DNA of 64,000 nt. Origin: Tubiluchus corallicola. Its lineage: Eukaryota > Animalia > Priapulida. The stretch covers positions 186,001 through 250,000 of the forward strand of contig JAQGDQ010000302.1 in the NCBI GenBank assembly GCA_030141605.1, read 5' to 3'. A program made the translations under genes and the position numbers. How positions within the stretch are numbered: position 1 is the first letter of the stretch; each line of letters begins with the position of its first letter. The notes below the pieces were generated by a model. That model was not told the DNA's origin. It saw nothing but the letters and a program-made list of their open reading frames with translations, and did not search any database. This document shows, in pieces, positions 25,292 through 39,428 of the stretch.

Positions 25292-28200
25292 TATTATGCA
25301 CAACCATGAGGCAAAACTGCTTCACACAACGAGTAAAGTTGATGCATACAACCAGGATATTAATATAAACCTAATATAAGCATAACATTACCCATACTCA
25401 AAACACTCAATATAAACTGTCAATAAAATTGCAGCGCTGCAAACAAGCATCCTGAGCCTGTTTCCTGTGAATGAATGCTTAGGACTGACATTTACCAGTG
25501 TATTATAATTATTACCAACAACATCCTATCTTACACTTACCCTACATTTAGTACAAGCAGAACGTAACTGTGTCGCACAAAAACATACAACAAGCTGAAG
25601 ATTTCAGATTAACTGGTTTTCCTCAATTTTTTCATTTCAAGTCCAATCACTATGTCGTTGAGGAGTTGTCTGACATTAACTTTTAAAAATTCTCAACAAC
25701 CATACAGTAAATAACAGCACACTTATTGAATTATCGAGGCAAAATATTGGAGATCATACATCTGCCAATGAAATTTACGAACCTAAACTACTGCTGAGAG
25801 TTTTCTCTCTACCACGTGTGAAAACGATACCCCAATTTCTCTTTCAAGAAACAACTTGATCAACTTGTATTAGTAAATCATATTCAAAGTAGCCACATTT
25901 ATTCAAAGTATACAACTAAAATCCTGTTAGGTTGGCAATGGTCTAAAACTTTAAGTATTTGAAAATAGAATACGTTAAAAACTACTTCAACAAATACTAA
26001 ATGTAGTACGCATGAATATGGTTCTAAAATTACTTAATTACAATTACTAAAACAGTTACCTACTTTGCTGTTTAGTTACTTAATCACTCAGTAACAATGG
26101 GATTCTACCCCAATGGACAGCCTTGATGTCAGACCATCAATGTCAGATTTCATACTACTGAAAGCAAATGGCTGTTAACTGAATTAGCTAGTGACTGTGG
26201 GATAAAATGCCTTTTGAATAACGACTGTTTGATGACCTTTGACTTCAATCGAGATTGGAGGTTAACCCAATTCTTGGAGTGTTCACTTCTGGTGGTCTTG
26301 GCATACTACTGCATAAAGATAATACACTTTAACTAGCTAACATTGACTTCAGAAAATCTGTGACGTACTATTCTGTTTTGCATGCATTTCCATTCTACAC
26401 AGAACTAATTTAAATATTTCTCTTCGGACATATTTTGGATTACCCCCGTTTTGTAACCTTTCACCTTTTTCCCTATCACCATCTGAATCTATAGTCATCC
26501 TATGACCGACCCTTATGTTTCTGTAGATACTGTCATTCATGACTTTCACACAAGAGTCATTTTCTGTTCTTGCATATTGGCGTGGGTGCTGATCAACTTG
26601 GGCAAAAATCACAAATTTTTCATTAAATAAATGCTCATATTTATGTGCTACATTACGCAAAATTTTAAATTTTGTTGAAAAATGATACCAGTCTTCTTCA
26701 AAACTTACTTTAATAACTTTGCCCACATAACGCCCTAAAAACATTAAAAATAAAGGAGCTTAATTCTCTCTGGCCCACTAATGTTATTATTAAGCTCACT
26801 AGTCACTACAGCAGAATAAGTGATCAGCATTGTACAGCCTTAACTTTGTCACTGATAAGTAGAGTCAGATGAACTGATCAAGGAATACACCAAGAACAAG
26901 CTTTGCATGAAACAACATTTCATTTAAAAATGTCTAATGTTTGGTCTATAAACCATTAAATGTTGTCAACACGTTTCTCACGAAAACAACCAGCAATGCT
27001 ATCCCCTATACTACAGACCCTTCTCAAGTAGGACACAAGACATTACTGTGACTGCTTCTTGCTTGCTTATTTGTAAGCACGAATGTTTAAAATCCTAGAT
27101 AATTTAATCAAATGCCACACAAGTCACACCTGCTGTTGCCTGCATCATGAATAAATGCCACATAATGTATAGCCGTGAATCACAGACATAATACCTGCAT
27201 CATCCAGCCATGTAATAAAAGCAACCTGTATGCCTGACTCACACATCAGTGTTGCTTAAAAATGCTTCAGCAACGTCTAGGGTTGATCAATTTACTATCC
27301 AAATATCAAAAGAGCAGAGGAAAAATGGCAAACACAATTCAAACAAATGTGCTAAACACTGGATCATTTGCAAAAACAGAAAATAGAGTACAGACACACA
27401 TGCACCATTGATGGCAAACAAACCCATATGATAGATAAGTATGCTAGTCAAAACAAATTTCAAATTAAAATTCACATTAAAAATACATAAACCCACAAAA
27501 TCTACATCTGCATCTAAGTATTAAACGACTTTTCCAATTCGTATTGCATTAGCCAAATGTAATTATGTTCGTATGTTGTGACATATATTGTTCTGTAATG
27601 TATAAATACTACACTCAGGTTATATCTCTGGAAACTAAGAAATTCTTATTTTCATGCAACTGATTACCTTCTTGAAACTATAAATTTTCATCATATTTCA
27701 ACATGAATTTAGCAGCATCCACTGTATACATAATTGTTTGTTGCATTAAATTAGTCTAACATTTAAATGTTATTATAATTATGCCATAAATGAGCATCAT
27801 TTTGATTACAACGGGAGGCAGCTAATTAAGTTATCTTAAGGTTTGTTCACAGCACATTCATTTCACTAATTTTGAAGTTATGTTGCAATGCTTGCAATGT
27901 GCTTTAGAAATAAATGAACTTTATTTCCTTATTAACAAATACAAATGTACTAAGTATGAAAATTATTAATTAATCAATATTAATACTTATTAATATTGAT
28001 TAATTAATGATTTTCATTATTTAGAGAACAATTAACACAAAAGTGATTCAAATCAGTCAGCAATTAACTTTAATAATCTAACATGTTGAAAATCTCAGAT
28101 GGTTGTTGTATTGCCAATACAAAAAATATCTCCTGAGAATAGAGATTACTGGCAGACTCCTCAAAAATTAGCACAAGACAGAATTTTACACCATTTTTTC

Positions 28201-29199
28201 TTTTTTAGTTTGTAACTTTCTGTAAATTTAGTTTAGTATATCAGCTTAGTACAGAATTTAGAAGTTCTTTTACGAAAACTTGAGAATTCTATTAAAGTGT
28301 AACTACTAAAAAGTATATTTCATCTCCAAAATTTCATGCTAATAATTACACCAACACCAATGACATGTAGCGCTAGCACAATAAAATATCCCAATTCTAT
28401 TTGTAATAATACTCAGCATCTGTGTGTGAATTTTCTAACATAGTCAAACATTGGACCCTTTGATTCAATCTCAACTATAACCTTACTTGAAATAATTCCA
28501 AAAAGCTCAATTCGATGAGGCAAAAAACAAACTACACTTTTGTTGATTGTTATCTATACAGTAGAAAACCTGTTGTTAGGTTTTTATTTTTTCAACTGAA
28601 TCACGCATTCCGACTCCACGCAGTCAAAGTTTATACTACACACTGACAGAATTTACAATAAAAACAATTCAGCTCACAAATATTCAAATATTGAAGAACA
28701 AGAAATGGATTTATGGTTTGTGACCCAACTTAGTTTACTTAAAACAGCTCCTAGTGATACGACAATTTATTGAAACATACATAATTCCGTGCTGATGCTT
28801 AGTGCCTAAGACTTTCCACTATGACAACAACAGTTCATAGATGATTCACCACTCAGTTATTCCAGATTTGAATTCAATTCGAATAACTTATTTACTTACC
28901 AACCACAAAATGTTTCAGTAAGCATACAGAAGCAGTGTTTCTTTTGTTTGCTTATAAGAAGCCGCATACACTACAATTAGCTTTTCATGTTTTCCAAGCC
29001 ACCGGAAATTAAGAAAGAAATTCTAATAAAACTGGCAACTCCAGGTTCTCAACACATTATACAAGCAGTTGACCTGGTCTTGACATGTTGACAATTTTTT
29101 CCATAATAATGTTCTTTGCTGCATTCAATTATGAAAAATTCTGATACACATGCTGCCCATGTCTATGCTATGTCATCATGAAAATAGCAGCAAGAAATC

Positions 29200-29650
29200 T
29201 CAAAACTTCATTACCTTGTTCTTTTTAAGTTGATACTGGTGCCAGTTCTTAAAAACTGAGTGTTACTTTTTTCAAACTGATAGTACAGAAAACTCTTCCG
29301 TCTGCAAGCGTGATTTGTGTTAATGTCAATTATTCCAATTTTATGAAAACATTATTTTTGAAAAGTTGGTGCTGGTATCAATTCTTGAAACCTCAAAATA
29401 TTAGTCTGTTGCAAACCAGTGCTGTCGTTAATTCTTAAAACATCAATTTTGTCAAAAGCATTACTTTCATTTAAATTGATATTGTGGTCAATCTTTGATG
29501 CTTCCCAAAATTAGTGTCCACAAATCTGGTACTGCTTTCAGTTCTTAAAATAAATTAGTGCTGTTGATAAATGTAGAAACTTCAAATCTTTAAGCTTTAT
29601 AAAATTGGCACTGCCATAAATTCTCAAAACTTTAAATAATTTGTACTGGT
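29200..29650 (+). repeat. ancient degenerate minisatellite
   Basis: Recurring aaa(c/t)tggtactg...aattcttaaaac motifs. Confidence 0.5.
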
Positions 29651-30242
29651 GCAAACTTCTGTTTGTTCAACGTACGCTTTACACACAACATTATGTTACA
29701 CAAGTATGTAGATGCTAGACTATACGTGTGATACATGCTGCGTAAAAAGATAACTTTCACATGATTTAGTCCGTTAAATGGGAAATGATTATGTGAAGAG
29801 TATAATACCTCTTAACGCTATGTGTATTGTAAGTTGCGAAAACGAAGTGCATAATAGTAAAGCGGTGCGTAGTAACCATTAAATTTTAATCTGCAAAATA
29901 CGGACTTGGCATGCTCACAGGTCATTAGCAAGGATGCTAAAGAAAAGTGCCGAAGCATTGATAATGCATGCGTGCACTCACAGCATAAGTGGCAAAAAAT
30001 GGATTAAGAAAAACTCAGGCCACGCTTTTGATTGGTAAACTTGGCGGGCAAATAGCTAAAGCAGCAGTCAATGGGTAACAAAGAAATCTCAGTGTCAATT
30101 ATTATTCAAAGCTCGTTAATCTCAAAACGCTAAAGGAATTGATGTGAATGGCATTCAGTTTCGACGTGTGAGATTTAATTCACAGGTATCATCAATATGA
30201 TGGAAAAAAGGCGTGGCCTAAGTGACACTTTGCAAGGCATAC

Positions 30243-30272
30243 CTGTAAATCCATGTATAAATGGTCCTTTCC
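30243..30272 (-). CDS. unc-13: candidate 30-nt micro-exon of unc-13 (GKDHLYMDLQ)
   Basis: tgttgcttttccAG / CAG|GTatgc, phase 0 to 0, open frame, 0.9 kb downstream of the CaM exon. Confidence 0.55.
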
Positions 30273-31165
30273 CTGGAAAAGCAACATTGGTTTAAAATTG
30301 GAGAAATAAACATAAAATGAAAAACTGAAACATCCATTACTTAACAGTCATCATGCCTTTTAAAGCACACACTTCAAAAGAAAAATCGGAACCATACTCA
30401 TTTTTATTTCAAAAACCCATTTTTCAAAACGATATCTTTTGTCATATTGCACAATTACAATCACACTCTCAGCAACCAAGCACTCAGCATAAGGAGGTAG
30501 CTATGTATCATTACAACACAGGTAGAAATCCTCACCCAACAAAAGCTGAAGATAACTATTTATAATTATGTAATGTCATACGTTACGAACAGGCGCAGAG
30601 CTTGAGACATCGTGAGACAAAAAAATACAGTAGACGAAAACAATATTACTTTATTTAATCATTCAAATGATATGACAGTTTTTCCCTCATCAATGATGGT
30701 CTTAGATCAACATTAAGAAGTGAGAGTGAACATCTAATGAGTGCAATCTAATACATTTTGAACAACTTAAATGCCAAAATTGCAGTCTGATGTTAATAGC
30801 TGGCAATAGAAATACCGTGGAGAAAATTCCTTTAAGATACCTAAAAACACTCGCCACATTTAGTCCTTTTCTGTAAGTAAAATTGTACTCAACTAATTCA
30901 TTAACAACATTGATAAGTTCCATTCTTTAGCTGTATATTTGATGAATTACTGGAGTAAATGTCGCAGTTTAAAAACAAAAGTTTATATCAAAATTTGCGC
31001 ATGGAAACTGTTTTTGTGTCAGTGCAAGAAACAAACAAGAAACATGCGTGAAAACAAACTAATTAATAAAAACTTACTCTCGCCAAAGTCCCTTAAAACA
31101 TTATCCAAATAACAAATCCAAAAAATATCAGTAAACTGTATTACATATAAAAAACCACAACTTAC

Positions 31166-31349
31166 CTCACTAAGTTGACTACAAACTTTGTTGTATGCCT
31201 CAAGCCATCGTATTTTTGCAGGAGAAGGCGTTCCCGGAGTACCGCGAGTTCCCTGAAGTGCAAAATTTCTCTCTCCGGGCGGTACAAGCGAGTCACTATA
31301 GTCCTGAGTACTTTGCCTGCTCAAAGTGGTTGAAACACTTGCCATTGGA
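31166..31349 (-). CDS. unc-13: unc-13 exon with calmodulin-binding motif (...PSPAKIRWLEAYNKVCSQLSE)
   Basis: 184 nt, tttcattgtAG / GTAAGT, phase 2 to 0. Matches the Munc13-1 CaM site AKANWLRAFNKVRMQLQE. Confidence 0.95.
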
Positions 31350-32290
31350 CTACAATGAAACGAGAATGACGTTAACAACATGCAGCCGTCTATAAACTAC
31401 AACAGAAACTGTGACCATACAGCTAAACAAGAATCCAGTCATGAAATTATGTATGGGTATTTAACATAATTCCTCCTAATATGAAACATGTTGAATGATC
31501 ATTACTGAGCACGGAAACACCTGTGATGATTATAACATAAACCCTCTATGAGACAATAAGAGACTTAAGTACCCAGCATAGCTATCACATAGTATCCTAC
31601 TATAGCAATATTGTGCTATCGCAGTTTCCTAACAAAAATGTTTTGTGATATGCAAACAATATAAACTGCAATAGTGCAACTATTATTATTATTATTGTGC
31701 AGAACACCAAACATAAACCCAAACCAGTAATTATAAAATGAAAGCTTACACAGCAAATTTTTGTGCAAATAAAGCTGTTAAAAATGAACAGTAAAACTAA
31801 AACAAAATATTATAGGGGTGCAAACTGCTGGAAATTAACCAAGCCAACCACTCAATGCCGAAGCAAAGTCTGCCACACACTAATTTAGTCACATGTAGAC
31901 AAAGCATTAATTGAGGAGGGCTCCCACTGTAGGCCTATGCCAAACTACGGAAGAACTGAAATTGAACAGAACCATAATTACACTGTTTATGATCAAACTG
32001 CAAAAAAGTTGGTCATACTGCTCATATTTAATAGAATCAAAAACAGGTTTCTTTACAATGGAGTCACAAAAAGTTAAAAATGTGTTTTCTTCAAATTTTA
32101 GGCCTAGTTTGAACAACTATTCTGGACATAAAAAACAATCTTGCTGCAAATTAGATTTCCACACCTGTGAATCACATAACAGTTGTCCTAAAAAAAGCAA
32201 CACTTTATTACTATGGCAACTATGGGCTGTTAAACAATCACTGCTCGCTCACTCTAGAACAACAATAAATACCATCTTAAATCTCACACA

Positions 32291-32530
32291 GCATACTATT
32301 ACAATGTCATGACTACTTAATTTCATAGGATGTCGCTGCATAATGCTTCATTAGGTGTCAGGGTTCAAAACTGTACCCTCCTCATGGCACCCAAATGTCA
32401 ATTCCGCTATGGCATACTATTACAATGTCATGACTACTTAATTTCATAGGATGTCGCCGCATAATGCTTCATTAGGTGTCAGGGTTCAAACCTGTACCCT
32501 CCTCATGGCACCCAAATGTCAATTCCGCTA
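32291..32530. repeat. 121-bp tandem duplication, possibly including a tRNA-SINE head fragment on the minus strand
   Basis: Two near-identical copies start at 32291 and 32412. The minus strand has a B-box-like GGTTTGAACCC. Confidence 0.9.
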
Positions 32531-35220
32531 AAAGGCTGACTAGTTTACCCAGTTGCAACATTTACAACATCCCACATTCCAAGCTAGGGCATTCTGCATT
32601 CACTTACTTTCAGTTTCACTCATTATGTTCCTTATAATATCAAATGAACTGTAGGATAAGTAAACAAATGTTGTAAGAAACCACTGCCACCTGACAAAAG
32701 CAACTCATCCCACAATAGTCCTTCTAGGGGGGATTAGGATTTCTTGTAAGTATTCAATACACTCAACATTGTTCACCTGTTATAAAAACACGAGAGGAAA
32801 TGTATCACCGGAAAAAATAAAAAATAGTTATGCATACCTATTTACAGACTTTGTAAGCATCAGTTGTGCCTTACAGAAAAAAATGCTTAACTTACACAAG
32901 GTGCAAAAATTTCATGGTGTCTAAAACTATAAAAACAAGATTACGTATTGTGCTTTGTTTGTGAGGAGATCCACGCATGGTTTATTGCCAAAAATAATTG
33001 TGACAAATCATGCAAGACAGAAATTTCAAATGCAGAAATATTGTAAGGTTGTGAAAGGAAAAGTATTAGTTTAAAACATTCTGGCCAAAAACTATGAAGT
33101 TAATTGTAATAATACAAGCTTTAAACGCAATACCAAAATGAAAAATACTAAGTGGCAAAGCGTATCAATGCTTCAGTATCATTTTGATTCATTACGTTAA
33201 TATATATTTGAACTTTTCATCATAACCATCAGGAAAAAGCAAAATCACTAAAATTATATAATTGATATTTTTTAGTTGCTAAGCCATTTCAAATCCCAGT
33301 CCAGTTTAAGCTTTCAACAAAAAATTAATATTTTTGCTACAACAGTCTCCTAAAACTAATCTAGTGGCTAGTGATAACAAAGTTTTAAATTTCATAATTA
33401 GCAGCAAAGCTCTCACATTCCGTGGTTTCATGTTACCTACAAGAGTACTTTCCCAGAATTTTATATTGCATGTATACATGAGGAATTTCTACAGCAATTA
33501 CAGGAAAATACGAACCACAAGCAAAAAGTAAAAAAAAACAAAATTCAGAGCACAACTTTTGAATGAATTCTGGCATTATGATTAACTATGGCAGAATCCA
33601 ATTCAGTTTCGTAAACTGTAATCATTCAAAATTGGAAGGAGAAATACATTCGTGAAATGAAGTCCCAATATTAAGTTCGGCTTCAAACTGGCTTAGAGAA
33701 ATTGGCTTTCGTCTTAAATCCAAGCAATCAAAGCATAAAACATGTGAACCTCAAAAAGTTTAATACCAAACTAGCGTGCTACTACAAACTTCATAGTTGG
33801 AATAGCCAATATGCTTTCTTCTTGAATTAGAATTACAAAAAAGAAGTAGACATATAGATGATCCTACCCATCTAACTGTCCGTCATCAAGCTTACTCAAT
33901 CTATTTCAGAGAAAGAAAAAGCAAATTTTTTATTTAACAAACAAGAAAGCATACAACAAAGCACAAGCAAAATTATAAGACATTGCCAACACGCTAGTAG
34001 CAACCACAATCTAATTACTTTAATTAGGTAGTCCAAACTTATTACGAACATAGTTTAAGATCAGTTATGAAAATGACAATTGATACTGTGCCTATATTAA
34101 AATTTTAAAAGTCAAATTCAACACTTCTTATAAGCTGGTTTCCGAAAAAACTGCATTAGTAAAATGTACAGTTTATAGCATCATCTGCTTTTGTAAAGGA
34201 AGTTAAAGAAGAAAAAAGAAGAAAAATTATTTCAAATCATTTGAAAAATTATTTCAAATCATTTACTATTTCAAGTAGAAGTAAATAGTACTGCTCATTA
34301 AACATTCTAGTTATCAAAACCAAATTTCTTTTTGATAGAGTGTCACATATATATATATATATTTTTATTATTATTATCACATTCAGTACAATATAAAGCA
34401 CACAGTGACATCAAAATTATTACATCTACTATATTAAATATTTATGTTTCATACACTATCGTTATCATAAAAGAATAATTGTACTGCAGTGGGCTAGAGA
34501 AGCAAAGGCTTGTATAAGCCCACTGTCATGTGAACCTGATAAAAAAATGGATGAGTGAACAAAAAAAGAACTGGGAGAAAGGTTAGATCACACAGGAAGG
34601 GTAGAAGGATGTGTTAGTGGAAATGGTAGGAAGAAAGATAGTAGATTGCGCTATGTTGACATCAGCTCTAAAGATTTATCAATGATGCCTTGTTTTGCAT
34701 AATCTGTACCAGGATTTTGATATGACTGCTACAGTAGGCGTGATATATATATATCAAAAAAGGATTGACTCCCCTCTAAAGTTGAAAAGCTTCCACAAAA
34801 TAAATAGCTTGGTTAAATAACAAAAAGACAGTCTCAGAATTTAACAATGTGATTGTTTTTATCATTCATTTTGCTAAAAAATACGTGAAACTGAACAGAT
34901 TAGAAGATATTTAGAAAAAAAACTGGAAAGCTGGTGTAAATACTACTGTATTTTCTAATTGCATCTCTGCCGATTCAATGCACTTACAATCCACTTACAT
35001 CTTACAAGTATAACTAGATAATGAGTTAATTCCTTGTCTCAAAACGATCATCCATTGAGTGGGATCTACTGGAGATCTACCTCGACTAGTGGATTCTGGC
35101 TTGTAGAGTTCTGAATTACATAAAATTCAGAAAGCTATCTGATTAAATTTACAATCCGTAAGCAAAAAACAGCCCATATACTAGGACTAAATAAATTTAA
35201 ATTAAATGAAATAAAATTAC

Positions 35221-35888
35221 CTGTCTGGCAGTAGTGAATGCTGCCGACCATTAGGACGACTGTTGTAGGACAGTGGCTCCATCTCAATATCACTACGTCC
35301 AGAATGTTCATGAATAGGCACCATCTGGTCATCACTCGGTTCATACTCGTCTCTGTACCGCAAATCACTTTTCACAAACCCAAACTCGGGTCGCTTTGTG
35401 AACTCGGACAAGGGTTCATCCTCAAACTCACTGATGTGCGCAAGACCAGAACCAACACGCTCTTGCTCATCATCGTAGAACCCTCGCTCTGGAAAATCGC
35501 CACTGTCCTGCCGCTGGTAGTACTCGTCCTCATCTTGCTCGGCAAACTGGTCAGTTTCATATTCGCCGTACTCGTCCTCATACTCATCCATAAATTCGCG
35601 GTCTGCAAGTTCCGGAAATTCTGATGAGCCAAGCTGGTCGGCATCATAGTCTTCCTGATTATGGTAGTATGGATCATCATCATAAAAATCACGATTTAAA
35701 CTGCCCTGATCCCCCTCCACCTCCAAGTCGGATGGGTATTCAGGTGGGTAATCTTCTTCCGGTGGGTAATCTTGATCGTATGATCTTCCAAATGACGAAA
35801 CACGCTCAAACGAGTACTGCTCGTTGTACCTCTCATCAGAGCCTTGTTTTTCCAGCGAGCCATCCTGGTAATCACCATATGATGTATC
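35221..35888 (-). CDS. unc-13: unc-13 large acidic (D/E/Y-rich) exon
   Basis: 668 nt, ctttccttgcAG / GTaatt, phase 0 to 2, in frame with both neighbours. It corresponds to ORF 35217..35894 and follows a 96-nt intron. Confidence 0.92.
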
Positions 35889-35984
35889 CTGCAAGGAAAG
35901 GCACTTGGTGAAATGTCATGTCAACAACAAAGTGCATGATGCAAAAGCACAGACACATTGAAAACGACATGGCTAAAACCATAC

Positions 35985-36109
35985 CTGACGTGAAAGATAA
36001 GGGCGACTAGTAGCACTGCGATACTGATGAACAGATGTATTGTGCTGGTGCTGATGCGGAATAGGATAGTTGATATCACTGGTGTAATCGGAATCCTCTG
36101 ACATGCCAG
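35985..36109 (-). CDS. unc-13: unc-13 coding exon with conserved linker motif (SGMSEDSDYTSDINYPIPHQHQHNTSVHQYRSATSRPYLSRQ)
   Basis: 125 nt, atttcAG / GTatgg, phase 1 to 0. DSDY.S...N.SVHQY matches Munc13-1 DSDYRSE...NASVHQY. Confidence 0.93.
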
Positions 36110-38768
36110 CTGAAATGTACAAATAATACTGATAAATTACATGAAGAAAATAAAGATCATGAAATCTGTGACCACACTTCGCTAAACACTACTCACTGCT
36201 TGCTAGAAGTGTTCCTACTACCAACTTCTGAAACTAATCACTCCAGAATCAAACAAGGTAGTAGAGTTTATCACACACATTTTCAGTGTTGATAAATTTT
36301 AGCAAAGAAGTATGAATTACATAAATTACAATTGTTCTAGCAGATTTCTGGTTTTGTAAAGCCCTTCTTGGATTTCCCAAAAAAGTTACTGTATGACAAC
36401 GTAGATGCTGGCGGGACCAATATACTTGCAATGCTTTGCTGAAATAATCAACCAACCAATTTGCATATCTGAGAAAAGAAAGCTTGGTTTTGGATCAAAG
36501 TAGCAGCATTTGACAGAAAAACAAAAAAGTGAGTTCCCCAGTTGACCAGAAACATTGGTGAGCCAAAATCCATTCACTGACAAAAAACGCTAGAAAATTT
36601 TCAGTTAAACATTATTTGACTAAAGGAGATTCAGATTCAGAATAAGATGAAATGCATTGGCATTAAGTTTGTTAGTGGATAGACAATCAATAATCAATAA
36701 CCAGTTGCTTTTTTACCTTCATTAAGATGCACCACTCTATTCTCAATACCCAACTATCATTGGGGCATTACATATTATGAAATAAAGCCCTATTCCCAAT
36801 ACCCAACTATCACCGGTAGCACCATGCAACACTGTCTATTTCTGTATTCTAAATCAACTTCACTCTGGGCTCCATTGAGGCCTTTAGTGGTCCTTGCGAG
36901 TTGTTGAATGTGGGTGTTGTTTTGGAGAGTTTTAGGTTTCTCATATTGTGTTCACACTTGGTTGGAAAATGCAATAATGTAACAATTGTATATTACTCTT
37001 CTGCTGGTTCTTGTAATTATTTCTCGTATTATGTAGACCATGCTTATTTAATCGTTAGCTGGTGATGTTTGTTGGATCTGATATGCAAGGTACTATTTCA
37101 AGTTTTCTGTACATGAGAACCTCTGATATTCTGGCAATTTAATTTCACTTTTGTGATTATGTAATGATATTGCACGTTTTGGTAACAGTGTCATAAACTG
37201 TACTGATTATATGTTTTAGCTTGATTCTAGCATTGAAAATGACATTATGCTGTCGAAACGATCGTCTGTGCTAATAAATACCATGTTGATTCCTAGATGC
37301 TGGTTCTTTCACATATTCAAATCTGTATTAATTTTATAATCAATAAATAATCTCGAACTAAGATTACAGATGTGTGCTTGCATAGCAAAATCGTCCATAA
37401 GTCGGCAATTAAGGTTTTCTAGCTAGTCACATATCTCGAATCTCCATTTCATCGGGATCATTTTGATACCAAGCTCATCACTGTATATTATTTCTAAGCT
37501 GACATAATCAACGTTGAAGTTGAGGTGCACACTACACATAGAAAACCATAATCTTAAGAAAATAGCTATTAAAGTTAGCATTTGTTTTTTATCGCGTTTT
37601 TTTTCTTCAAAACACTTGACAACAAATGTTGGTTGCTATGGACTTTGCAAGAACACACTGAAGTTATGTTTAAATCTTGTAGGTGGCTCTTCCTGACGAA
37701 GGCCTGGGCTTGGCAACAGAATGAAGCTAAAGCAAAATGACAGCTTCCAGGAGCTACTATCGAAGTTTGAAAATAGGAGTCTTTTACAATTGCAGTACTA
37801 GTTTCCAGACAGAAAGTGGGCGAGGAGTTATAAAATTAAATTTTTAGTGTTTGTTTTAACACTTTCTTGATAATTTGATGCTAGAATACAAAAGTACAGT
37901 ATATTTAACATTGGTTTTTACAAAATACGAAAAATGACATTTGACAAAATTTTTGGGTCATTCTACTTTAATGCACCATAACTATGCAGCCTTAGAGATG
38001 GTTTTGGTTTGCAAGCACACAAATAATTAATTAATTACCTTAGGATAATTTCAAGCTGTCAATTAAATATAAAAATAAATTGTAATGCTTAAAGACGAAA
38101 GTTGGCACTACAATTGGTCAATGACGGGATAAATGACCCAGTTCAATACTCGCTCTGCATGGATTCATTCGCCATATTGAGATCCAAAAGTGGGTAACAC
38201 ATTTCTGTTGATTCAATGCACATCTTACAGGTATAATTCGACAATGAGTCAATAAGTCAGGACCCGATCGTGTTACAATCATGTAATTTGAGCAATATCA
38301 GCCACTGACTGCTGGATTCTGGCCCTAGTGTTCTGAATTACATGTAAAGTAATCTAATTAATTAGCAATTACTCTAGAGTGACTAAGGTAATTCTTGGAA
38401 ATGCTAAATTTATTAATGAGCCGTATAGGATTGCATTAAGACATGCCACAATCAAAGGAGTGAGTAATAGACTAGTCATGGTGTTACAGACTTGCAATCA
38501 AAACATTTAGTGTAAATCCAAGTTCAGTCGCAATTTTTTTAGCATTTCCTTCCATTCAGACAAGTTTGTTTGAAATTCAATAACTGTGTCTTCATTCCGT
38601 CATTAATAGATTCTCCCTTGAAACAAAGCTTCTGATCTTAATGAGCTTGAGGAAATGCATATGTTTGTGCAATGCTGAAGTATAGCCAGCAAAAATTAAG
38701 CAAAAAAATCAACAGAAAAAAAATGTAGAATTTCAAAGGTACCTTTACAGAATGCTGTTTGGGGTCAA

Positions 38769-39428
38769 AGGACAATAAAAGGGGTACTTAAGTAGGTTTC
38801 AGAAAAATCGCCTTAAAAATTATATTACTTTACGGCAATTTTATGCGTAAATCGTACTCGCTTTTAAAGGATTTTTCGTTTGTTTTCATTTTAAATCGCC
38901 CACGATGCTCTTACGACCACGCCATTACATGACGTCATATATGCACAACATCAGAGGAAGAAAAGAAAATGTTAAACTATGACCCAAAAAACTTTCCATG
39001 CAAAGTTATATTGCTTAGCATTCACTTACTTGCTTGAAAGACTTATGTAATTAGAAAAGAAAATTATTAATTATTTAAAATGTTTTTGCCAATTGGTAAA
39101 ATGTTGCTGACTCAACTCCACGGTGCACCACTCACTAACCAAAAAACGTATTTTTAATCTTATTGACAAGATACAGTAATTTTAAATTTTACTTAGTGAC
39201 GTGTGCACTACGAATGCTCTGATTTTTTCAAACTTTACTTAGTGTTATATAAACTTGTTTCAATTGACTCTTCATCAAAATGGCTGCGTCATCGTGAGAG
39301 TTTAAATTTACATGTCTTATATAGCGTTACTGCAGACGCAAGCCTTGTATGCAAAAATGCTGTAAAATGATATAAAATTTCAAGACGAATTTTTTAAGCT
39401 TGATATAAGTGCAGGGTTTTCTTGTGCT
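38769..39428 (+). mobile_element. TTAA-flanked MITE (Kolobok-like), copy 2
   Basis: TCAA|AGGACAATAAAA ... TTTTCTTGTGCT|TTAA, a diverged homologue of 18422-19089. Confidence 0.8.

Noticed and set aside
26349-26744. 131-aa minus-strand ORF
   Set aside because: No recognisable homology, it ends in a stop with no convincing donor, and its composition is intron-like.
32608-32648. 41-nt AG/GTAAGT-bounded segment
   Set aside because: It would shift the frame between the acidic and CaM exons, and I found no compensating exon.
35006-35110. Extra unc-13 exon after the acidic exon
   Set aside because: It has an acceptor-like site and nearby GTAAG donors, but is open only in phase 1. The upstream exon ends in phase 2, which gives a stop after a few codons, and 35221 joins 31349 cleanly without it.
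35238-35911. Overlapping plus-strand and alternative-frame ORFs
   Set aside because: These are shadow frames of the GC-richer acidic unc-13 exon.
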